From Eledone cirrhosa (Eukaryota): 64,000 bases of DNA. The translations under genes were made by a program, and so were the position numbers. Shown piece after piece: positions 54,480-64,000 of this stretch (positions are counted from its first letter, which is position 1; the number at the start of each line of letters is the position of its first letter). The DNA lies in assembly GCA_964016885.1 (NCBI GenBank), contig OZ024746.1:101060001-101124000 (forward strand), given 5' to 3'. The notes beneath the pieces were generated by a model. The model saw only the letters and a program-made list of their open reading frames with translations. It searched no databases and was not told the origin of the DNA.

Positions 54480-54740
54480 TTAAAACTTTGTAAATATTGC
54501 TTACCCATGAGAATTTCTAAACTGTGTCATGTATTAACTGGCTCAGCATATAGAGTTTGGAGTTTTGTCCATTTCTCAGACATAAAATGGGAGTGGGAGG
54601 TGCTTATATTCGAATATGGTATATTTAGGGCTGCATTATCCAATGTAGGCTTCCATGTTTTTAAAAGGCAGTCAGGTTTGCGGAAGATTTGATTGCAATT
54701 CCTCACAGTAGAGTATAAATGATCCCTTGTTAGTTTGTAG
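54480..54740 (-). mobile_element. Possible further GIY-YIG (Penelope-like) remnant
   Basis: GIIYTL...AYIG* motifs in decayed frames. Weak. Confidence 0.4.
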
Positions 54741-54879
54741 GAAGCTGATCAAATATTTTCTGTTACAGGCCTTTTGTTTGTCTAATTTGCTGAGGAACCT
54801 ATATTAGGGACCTTCAGATTCAATTTCTCACAATATTTTCAATTCAGGCAATAATTCATTCAGTTTTAAAACTGACCTT

Positions 54880-55260
54880 GCCCAATTACACCTCTTAAAG
54901 GCAATGACACAGGGCCGACACATTACGCAGTAATGCAGAAGACCCGACTTCCCATGGGTACAAGCTGAAGCATATAGACAGTATTCTCACACCCCCCTAA
55001 GTGGTTGTATAGGTGTCACAACAAAAAGTACCCAGTCCACGCTGTAAAGTGGTCATGTAGGCACCATTGTAAAAAAGCACTCAGTACTCACTGTAAATGA
55101 GGTTGGTGTTAGGAAGGGCATCCAGCTGTAGAAACCGAGCTAAAATCAGTTCTGTATTAGCAAGACAAGGTCATCCAACCTAGCATTGCCCAAACAGGAC
55201 AACCTGTCTAACCCATGCTAGCGTGAAAGAATGAATGTAAAACGGTGATCATTATGATGA
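54880..55260 (+). mobile_element. RTE 3' end fragment
   Basis: Contains aaaactgaccttgc...ggttggtgttaggaagggcatccagctgtagaaacc...acccatgctagcgtg. Confidence 0.78.
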
Positions 55261-56227
55261 CTGACTTGCTCATGTTTTCCAGTGGTAACTAAGAGACATA
55301 TGTCGTTGTACATGGAATGTTATTTTCATCACTCTGTGTGTCAAACATTGAACCAAAGTTGGTTCTGTGAGAAGTGGCAACATTTATTTCATGTCTCCTC
55401 TCTTCCGTCTTTCACTATTTACTTTTCTTTCTCATGTTCTTCTCTTTGTTTACAATGACCATTTTCTGCTTAGAAGCTACTCACCCCTCTTACACCACAA
55501 TAAACAGAACAAGTTATACCTTCCTTAACTGCAAGTCAAAATATCTGTCTGTTTAACTATATAGTTTTAAACTAGTAAGACCTTTATTTAGCAGAGTACT
55601 TGATACTTGGGGTAGTAAAATGTGACTTTCTCTCATATATATATACACACACATAAATACCCTAACAGTAACACCTTCAAAATGTGTTCCCTCACTTCCT
55701 GTTTTAGCACCTCACCACTCTGTGTGTGCATGTATATATAAATGTAATCTGAGTTTTTCGAATATTATTAATAATATTCGATTCATTTGCCATTATGCAA
55801 ACAGCCTCTTTTATAAGCCATGTCAGTAGAATGAGCCCCTCATTCTCACTCTTGTGTTGGCATGCAAACAAGACTGCAGACACTGTTTCTGGGTGATTAC
55901 CCTTCATCAGTGCCATTTACTGCTTACCTACCAACTGTTAGAGCTAGTGAAAATATATTTTCTGAAATATACAGTAACTGATCGGCCTGATTTGCATATT
56001 AGCAGACTGGCTGATCAGTCAGATCTGTATATTAGCAGAGCCATTGATATGTATATATATATCATCATTATTACCTTTTAATGTCTGGATTTCAAATAGT
56101 ATCGTGTTAAGTCTGCCAGTGTTAAAAAGACGTGTCTGTGACTATAATTCAATATATATGTAGCACCATTAATCAAATAACTCTACTCCATTATATTTAA
56201 CACACATTTGTGTTGTGGTATTTACAG

Positions 56228-56353
56228 GAAGAGAATGCAATGAAACATAAAGAATTACTGGAAATGGAACATGAGCGGCAACAAATCATTGAAGAAGAAC
56301 GACAGAAACTGCTGCGAGAACATGCCACTAAACTACTTGGTTATTTACCCAAG
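56228..56353 (+). CDS. MNS1: MNS1 coding exon I
   Basis: Acceptor tttacag, reads EENAMKH...QIIEEERQKLLREHATKLLGYLPK, donor gtgagc. Matches IIEEERLKLLKEHATNLLGYLPK. Confidence 0.96.
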
Positions 56354-56824
56354 GTGAGCTGATTCTCATGAGTTCCATCAACCTCTCCTTGCTTTTGCTT
56401 TTCCTTTCTCCAAGGACTTGTACTATGACTATATTGCAGCTAATTCAAGTCATTTCCTCTACAAATTTGTGGCTTCATAACAATTTAGTGTTGTTTTCTT
56501 TGGGGCAGAAACAAGAAAACGTATTACTGTATTCTATTCCCTCAGATCAATAGGTTTAAATCCTATAGATCAATAGACAACATCCCAGACCTCACTGAGT
56601 CAGGTGAAACTCATCAAATCAGACCAAGGAAACAATGTTTCCATTGCTGATACTATCTACTGGTTACAACTCCTGGCAGAAAGAGCAACGGGGAATAAAA
56701 TGTCTTGCTCAAGGACATAATGCATCCCCTGGTCTGGGAATTGAACTTGCAATCTCATGATAGTGTATCCAATTCTCTAAGAAGTACAAATAGTAGGTAA
56801 AGCCAATTACCATATATTATGGTA

Positions 56825-57008
56825 CGGTGGATTGGCAGTATCGGTAGAGGGTTGGACACCATGCTTTCTAGCATAGTTACGTCCCTTTACAGTCTGAGTT
56901 CAAATCCCGCCGAGGTTAACTTTGCCTTTCATCCTTACGGGGTCGATAAAATAAAGTACCAGTAATGTACTGGGTAATTGCTGGCCTTGTGCCTAAAGTA
57001 GAAACAAT
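56825..57008 (+). mobile_element. Same SINE family, 9-bp TSD
   Basis: Near-identical to the copy at 30547. TSD attatggta at 56816-56824 and 57007-57015. Confidence 0.88.
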
Positions 57009-57321
57009 TATGGTAATTGGCTTTGTGCAATATGAAATGGTGTCAATATTATTTTCTTTGAAGAGGACAGTGCTCAGTAGATTTGTAAGGGTAGCAAACA
57101 AACAATTTCAAAGTTGAATCTGACTAGAGTTCACTTTGTCTTTTATACTTCTAAGGTCGGTAAGATAAACACTAGTAAAATATGGGGTCAAATGCTAGAA
57201 ATGCTACTATAATTTTTTTCTAAATGTACCAGTTATATACTAGGACCTGCTGATTACATACATTTCCTTTTTCTTTGAAGGAAAGAATCAATCCTGTGCC
57301 TCACCAAAAGAGATATTTTAA

Positions 57322-57432
57322 CCCTTTTATTGCCATATTTCTATTAATCAAGAATTTATAAATGTTTCACTATTAAGCTGGTGTTTGGGACATGATTTAA
57401 CAAATACCAAGAGCAGTTTGGCATCAAAAGGG
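57322..57432. mobile_element. piggyBac-like MITE
   Basis: TTAA-CCCTTTTATTGCCA...TGGCATCAAAAGGG-TTAA: 14-bp TIR with 2 mismatches and TTAA on both sides. Related ends near 8542 and 20992-21212. Confidence 0.6.
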
Positions 57433-57541
57433 TTAATAAAATTGCCACAGAAGAGATAATAAAAGAGACAACCTAATTTTTATTAAATTAAAACTAGAAA
57501 TACTAATTATGATAACTGTATTTATTTTGTTGTTTTAATAG

Positions 57542-57637
57542 GGGGTGATTCGAGGACCAAAAGATCTTGAAGGCCTTGGTACAGATTTTCAGGAGGCTTA
57601 CAGTAAACGCAGTGATGATTCTTCAGAAGAATTCTAA
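57542..57637 (+). CDS. MNS1: MNS1 last coding exon
   Basis: Acceptor ttttaatag, reads GVIRGPKDLEGLGTDFQEAYSKRSDDSSEEF then TAA. Completes the LGYLPKGV motif. Confidence 0.92.
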   Translation, partial: GVIRGPKDLEGLGTDFQEAYSKRSDDSSEEF

Positions 57638-57739
57638 TTTGAGAGGATTTAACTCAGAATTTTGCTGAATGAAAAAATGGAAGGAGCAAAGAATGACAGG
57701 AAATTATTGTAATAACTGCAAAGAACAGAATTAACTTGA

Positions 57740-57745
57740 AATAAA
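57740..57745 (+). terminator. Candidate MNS1 polyadenylation signal AATAAA
   Basis: First AATAAA about 100 nt after the stop, followed by T-rich sequence. The hexamer is common in AT-rich DNA. Confidence 0.35.
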
Positions 57746-58179
57746 TCTAGATTCTTCTTTTTTATAAATTGCTTCTGATTTCTTACTGAATAATCCTAGG
57801 ATCATATCTTTTTATATAAAAAATGTCTAGTATATTTACATTGTCCAATGTATCCTTTCTTTTAAGAGGGCAGGATGCAATTTGAGGGAGGATGTATACC
57901 TCATATATATATATACACACATACATACCTTATAAATTATCAAAGCACTGGGAGTGTTTAAAACTTGAATATGTGAGAGTCCTAAACACAGAAAATACTA
58001 TAACAGTAAATCACTACAAAAAATAGTTGAGAAAATTGGGTAAATTACTCTAGACAAAACGCCTCAGTTCAATTTTTTTATTTTCTCAACTATTATTTGT
58101 AGTGAATGACTGTTATGAGTTATTGGGACTCTCACATTTTCATATATAAATGTGGGTGTGTAAATAGAAAACAGCCTCT

Positions 58180-59610
58180 CTTTCAGACATAAGTTGACAG
58201 CAATGTAATAGACAAAGCGATTAAGAATAGGGAAGGCAGCCAGACCCTGTAGTAATGTCGCGGAGATTCTAAAAACATCTAGCATGGTAGGTTACAAGCT
58301 GGTTAGACACGATGTAGTGCAGGACGGTGTCAAATCCAGTGATTGGTACAGCAGTATCATTGTAAATTACTACAATTAGAGAGAGGTAACTACAAAGGCA
58401 TCAAGTTAGATTAGATGTAGTTTGGCTTTATGTTTGAGTGGCTTCTGAGAGCAACCAGCAAGTTGAGAAAGTGATGAAGTGCAGGCAGGGTTTCACCAGA
58501 GCTTCAGTTATCAGTCCATTTCTGTTTATCATTGTATAACTGAAGAGTTTAAGACATGGCACACGATTGGAAGTCCTGTATGCTGATATTACAGCTGAAA
58601 CTGGGAGAATTAGAAGCAAAATTGCAAAGATGGAAGAAAAATTAATAAACACAGAGTACACATGAAATAGATTCTCTCAGTTGACAAAGAGGCCCCCCAA
58701 AATTGTGAAGAATTTTTGCCACTTAGCTTAATCAGCAGTTGGGTAAGGTGCTCAGAGAGTGTAGTAGACAGCATGGAGACAGTTTGGGAAGCTAGTACCT
58801 CTGCTGACAACAAAAGGCTTTGAGAATGAAGGACTGTATGATACTGCAGTCAAACATTGGCCTTGACTGCAGACTAGAAAGAAATGAAGTGTGCTCTGAT
58901 GGATGTGTAATGTGAGTGTGCATGAACAATGCAGCATAACTGAGTTGAGAGAAAAAGTTGATATAAGAGGAAGCGAATGTAGTGGACTGTGTTGATATAA
59001 TGTGTATGGAAGATGACAGCTGTGTAAGAAAGATTGAGAAATCTCAGTAGATGGGACCTAGGATGAAGTAGTGAAGGATGACCATAGAAAGCTGAACTTC
59101 CTGACAGGGATAACAAAGGAGGTAACATGCAGTACTAGAGATCTGCCTATAAAAGCAAGATGCCCCTCCATTACTCTACACCATTGGCCCACATTTGTGC
59201 AGATATGATGACCTTTTCTCACTCATATCCTAACCCCCACCACTCTTTAATAATTACTGTCATCACTGTACCCCACCCGTCACTCTAACCTAGATTACTC
59301 TCCCACTACACCTTACTAAGTTTCACCACATCACTTCACTGATTGTACCTACATGTCTGATTCAACCCTCAAACAAGTCAATAACTAACAAAATTCCTAG
59401 TGCTGGTACCATGATTAGGAAGGGAATACAGCCGTAGAAACATTTCAAAAGGGTTGGGAGGACTCTTCAGTGACGTCAACGACATGGCAACCTCTTTAGT
59501 GTTGGTGCCACAATAAAATGCTGCCTATAATTCTGTGCTAGAACACATGAAAAGTTTATGACCATCCATTCAACACATACCAGTATGGAAAAGTGGGCAT
59601 TTTATGATGT
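58180..59610 (+). mobile_element. Old, heavily decayed RTE LINE
   Basis: Remnants of GKAA, RGNYKGIKL, QFG, LYAD and GLYD in the expected order, and a decayed 3' end. Confidence 0.7.
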
Positions 59611-59915
59611 GTATGTACATATATAGTATATATGGCTAAGATTGTTTTGAGAAAACGGGTAAAATATGAATAAGAAATGGAATGGTGAAAGGACAAAAGA
59701 AAATAACCCCTTATATTTTATTATAATTTGGAGTTAAAATTCTAAATAAAAACTATACGTTAAAACTTATAAATTAAAAGTATAAATTAAAACTTATTTT
59801 GTCTTACTTTGGTTTCACCATTATATTTCCTTTTCGCATCGTACTAGCTTTCTCATAGAAATATATACACCACATACAATGTTTCATATAAACTATGTAT
59901 GTGTATATATATATA

Positions 59916-61146
59916 CAGGGTGTGGACGTTATTTGAGGGCAGATTTATGGTTTTAAAGAAACGTTTATATAATAACAGAAAAAAACTGTATTCTTATAAA
60001 AATAACAAATATAAAGCTAAATTATCAATTTAATAATTTCATTCAATAAAACCACCATAAGCATCAATAACTGCTTCTATGCGGGGTCGAAATCATTTAC
60101 AAGCGCAGATTAAGTGGTCCTTGTTCATATCGGACATGACTCGAACTATGGCGGCTTTCAAAGATTCTTTGGTGCTATGGGGGTGTTCGATGCTCCATAA
60201 GTAGTAGTCCATCTGGAGAATTAGGAGGCCAAATGTTGGGGGTGATGTGATCATGCAAATTGTTGGCCATCCATTCTTGTGTCATTTGAGCCTTGTGTGA
60301 TGGTGCAGAATCTTGTTGAAAGACATAAGACCTTCCATTGCATACACTGTTGATCCAAGGCTTAACAACTTTATCCAGAACCTCAATATATGCAGCAGCA
60401 TTCATCCTAAGGCCTTGTGGAAAAAAGTGAGGAAGATCACGTCCTTCATTGCTAACAACACTCCAAACCATGACACTTGCAGGAAATTTTGTGTGCATTA
60501 CTCTTGGAACCTCAGAAGGGTCTGCACATAGCCACCCGTCATTTCTTCTGTTAGTTTTCTGGTCCTGGTCAAAGTTTTTCTCATCTGAGAAAAACCAAAT
60601 CGCACCATCTTCTGATGGATTTTTAAGTTTGTTTAAAAGTGTTTTGGATCTGATTAAACGTTTTTCTTTTGTTTTTTTCTGACATGAATTGACCTCTCCT
60701 CATCACGTAAGATTTGTATGATTTCTTCATGCACAACATTTCTGATTGTTTTTTCTCACACACCAAAATTTTTTACAATTGACCTCATTGATTTTCCTGG
60801 ATTGTCATCAATGTTTTGCTTAACTTCCCAAATAAATACAGGTGTTCTGATAGAATCAGAGCGTTTGGAATGTTATTTATGTTTTGATACAGATAATACG
60901 CTTCCATCTTCTTTCTCTAATTCACACCGAATCTTGTGGACAAAAGATTTTGTAACTTTCAGAAAATGAGAAATTTCTAAATCTCCATGCTTAGTCTTTA
61001 AAGCCACAATCACAGCATGACTTTTCATTTCATTAGTAAACATAGTTATTTTCATTGTTATTTTCTGAAATAGAAGTTCAATAAAAATTAGTCAAATAAA
61101 ATAATGACTAAAAATGCATGTGTCCTCAAATACCGTCCACACCCTG
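59916..61146 (-). mobile_element. Full-length defective Tc1/mariner transposon, probably DD37D (maT)
   Basis: 26-bp TIRs (CAGGGTGTGGACGTTATTTGAGGGCA, 2 mismatches) with TA on both sides. Transposase motifs WFFSDEKNF, VMVWSVV, FQQDSAPSH, WPPNSPD, then DYY after a frameshifting deletion. Confidence 0.9.
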
Positions 61147-61477
61147 TATATATATACATCACATACAATGTTTCATATAAACTATGTATATATTTGTTCT
61201 CGCACCCGAAAATAACTGCCAAAATTTTGGCTAGTGTGACCTCCTCTTTTGAGAAAGGTCACATGACAACAGACAGAATTACTACTGTAAGTGGTGAATC
61301 TGTCGCCATAACAAAATAACGAAACCTTTCTGTATCGTAGTCTTGTTATATGTATGGTATGGTCGGTGGTGTCAGACTGTTGTGCTTACTCAGTTTTTAA
61401 CTTTTGATCCATTGTGATTGCCTTAAACAAATCGACTAGTACTTGCTGTACAACAGCTAAAACTTCAATTTACAATG

Positions 61478-61481
<4 letters not shown>

Positions 61482-61540
<59 letters not shown>

Positions 61541-61581
61541 GCTCGGCTTACAATGTTTCATATATATATATATATATATAT
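61482..61581. repeat. (TA)n microsatellites
   Basis: Two long TA runs separated by 24 bp. Confidence 0.95.
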
Positions 61582-61592
61582 TAGACTCGGCT

Positions 61593-61814
61593 TCCAGTGT
61601 ACCAATGTAAGAAAGCTTTAAGCCTGAACTTAGCAGTGAACTGTTCAGAGATGTGCTTAAATAGCTCCTGAATAGCTGTGCTGTTTCCTACAAATGTTAC
61701 AGACATTTTCAGTCCACGTGGAGGAATGTCGCAGACGGCTGTCTTGACATTGTTTAGAATCCACTTGACGATGTAGCTGCTGTTTTTACTTTGGATATTA
61801 ACCTCCTTCATTGA
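61593..61814 (-). pseudogene. Beta-tubulin gene fragment
   Basis: Reads [74 protein letters not shown]. The canonical DEQML is missing, normally invariant residues are substituted, and (TA)n flanks both sides. Confidence 0.92.
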
Positions 61815-62105
61815 ATATATATACATATAAGCAAAATGATAATGAAAAAACAGTTCACACCTAGTATATATATAAAAGGATCTTTATAACATGCACAAAA
61901 ATTTGATGTTAGCAAAGCTTGCTTTCTCCAATCTGGATCTTCAAAACTCTTGCATGCTGATTTTCAATTGCATGGTTTGGGTCGCTTCTGTCTTTGCTAA
62001 AGAAAGGGATACAACTGATTGTTTTTGTTGTTGCTTGTGCGTAAAAAAAAATGTTTTATTATATGTGACAAGGGACGTAACTACTATTCTTTAATTTTGA
62101 AAAAA

Positions 62106-62295
62106 ATAATTGTTTCAACTTTTTGACACAAGGCCAGCAATTATCCCAGTGTATTACTGGTACTTTATTTTATCGACCCCGTAAGGATGAAAGGCAAAGT
62201 TAACCTCGGCGGGATTTGAACTCAGTCCGTAAAGGGACGTAACTGTGCTACAAAGCATGGCGTCCGACCCTCTACCGATACTGCCAATCCACTGC
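62106..62295 (-). mobile_element. Same SINE family, in or just past the VPS72 3' UTR
   Basis: Reverse complement aligns along its length with the other copies. Confidence 0.85.
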
Positions 62296-62482
62296 CACTA
62301 TCAGTCACAAGTGTTGAAAAAAATAATGTTGTGAGTTCAAATTTGGTTTGAATTTTCTGATAAACACATATATATATAACGAAGATCGCTGGTATTAAGT
62401 CAACGCTCTCCGGTATATATATACATACATATACACACACACACATATACATATAATATTAAGAGTTGTCTGTAGAAAGTTG

Positions 62483-62918
62483 CTAACTGGTGTCGAATCT
62501 TAGAGCTGTGGCTATGTTGTTAACCGATGATGAAAATAATGAGGTTGAGGATGAATTATGTTGGTTGCTATTTCGAGACTTTCGTTTCACCTCAACAGAC
62601 TGCTCTTGTTGGATGACAAATGCTTCCCGTAGCACTCTAAAAGCAGCTGCTGTTGCATATGGTGTCTGTGTGATAGGGTCAAGGTATTTGGCTGGCTGTC
62701 GGGTAACAGGGCACACAGTTCTGGATGATGCTGATGCTGGTTTAGCTCGGGTTTGTGGAAAATATTCCCGGAATGTTTTATCATCTGTGAATGTGATGAA
62801 TGTTCGAGAACACTTTGGACCAGACACTAGTTTTGGACGCTTACTCTTCTCTGGAGATATGGAAGAATCATCATTTTGACCTTCGTTTGCTTCAGTTTTT
62901 AGGGATGTGGTATCAACC
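62483..62918 (-). CDS. VPS72: VPS72/YL1 (H2A.Z chaperone of SRCAP/TIP60) last coding exon, YL1_C domain
   Basis: Reads CSRTFITFTDDKTFREYFPQ...CPVTRQPAKYLDPITQTPYATAAAFRVLREAF. Minus-strand acceptor tttctccttgaacag at 62919 and stop TAG at 62483. Upstream exons not seen in the window. Confidence 0.92.
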
Positions 62919-63189
62919 CTGTTCAAGGAGAAACATGATTTATTTACAACAGTATTTCGTACATTTTCAACAGATTGAATACTATATAATCAATATTACC
63001 CTCCTCATCATTAAATATGGTTTCACAAAGTTAAGGATGGAATCTCCAGATAATCATTTGATCCACTCAATCTAATGTCCAAATCCTTTCCAACAAAATC
63101 CCCATATTGACTTTAAATTTAGAACTAAGTCAGAATAGAAGCTAAGTGTTCTTCAAATAGTCTAACCTCTTGAAATTAATGGTCTCGAC

Positions 63190-63375
63190 TTGACAAGATG
63201 CAGTTTGGCTTTGTACCAGATAAAGGTACCACTGATGACCTTTTCCTTCTGAGACAGCTCCAGAAGTATCAAGCTAAGAGTAAACCCCTTAGTATAACAA
63301 TTATTAACTTGGAGAAAGCATTTGACAGGGTACCCCAAAACATAATCTATTGGGCTCTTATTGGGTTCAGGAAAG
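63190..63375 (+). mobile_element. RTE RT fragment in VPS72 intron
   Basis: Reads MQFGFVPDKGTTDDLFLLRQLQKY...LEKAFDRVP. Confidence 0.85.
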
Positions 63376-64000
63376 TTCATTCTTTAAAGTGGTAGTGTTG
63401 GTGTCATGATAAAATGTTAGCTCTGGCATGTATATATATTTTCTATTTGTATTAGATAGAAGTGGATTTTAGAATGTTGTATTCTGGAGTATTGCTGGTA
63501 TGACAAGTTGTTTGTGAAGTACCAGAACCATTGTGGTAAGATCAAATGACAATCTACTGTACCCACTGAACTTTAGTCTTGTTTATCAAACCCCTTCCTC
63601 ATTTAAAGTGCTTTCAATAAGTTCCATAATTCTGCTTGTTCCAGTTTTTCTGATTGAATGAATAACTGGTTCCAGTCATACTCAGGTGTGAAAAGTAGGA
63701 ACGCTGCCTATAAAAACTATAAACATAAACTACAATTCTGTCTTATTCGTTTCAATTACCGTATTAATCAGTATATAATACACACCCTCACTTTGAAAAA
63801 GAAGGTTAAGTAAAAAAACATCATTAAATAAAATTAAAGAAAGTATGCATGTATAACACACAGGTAGAATTAAGGCACTGAATTTTAGGAGAAAAACTAC
63901 ATATTATACACCAATAAATATGTCAACCATATATCTATAAAGACTCTCTTCAGTTACAAATGACCAGGTTATTAGCACCTAGAAATTTCCCCTATGAGTC

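Noticed and set aside
61581-61826. Functional beta-tubulin gene
   Set aside because: Only about 74 codons, with an internal deletion, substitutions at conserved sites and no other exons.
62490-62879. 129-aa + strand ORF
   Set aside because: Antisense shadow of the VPS72 exon.

Overview
This is AT-rich metazoan genomic DNA. The SINE/RTE/(TA)n/(ATG)n landscape suggests an octopus-type cephalopod, which is an inference. It is not prokaryotic and has no CRISPR array. Most of the window is one + strand gene, MNS1 (meiosis-specific nuclear structural 1, a coiled-coil axonemal protein). Ten GT-AG coding exons between 735 and 57637 join in frame to about 490 aa; the first exon probably lies upstream. 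The last coding exon of a convergent VPS72/YL1 gene is at 62483-62918 (-). About 30 kb of MNS1 intron is filled by seven different tandem arrays (units 34, 9, 40, 20, 20, 18 and 26 bp). Two arrays show clear higher-order structure and one sits inside a hAT MITE. The rest is a transposon graveyard: RTE LINEs with a PHD-type finger inside the RT, tRNA-derived SINEs, Penelope-like relics with minimal hammerhead ribozymes and GIY-YIG remnants, a HERO-like RLE retroposon, a Helitron 3' end, a full-length but broken DD37D-like Tc1/mariner, and a beta-tubulin fragment. I found no convincing wholly new system. The best leads are the hammerheads, the PHD-in-RT insertion, the satellite inside a MITE and the satellite-packed introns. 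All calls were made by eye and repeat boundaries are approximate.
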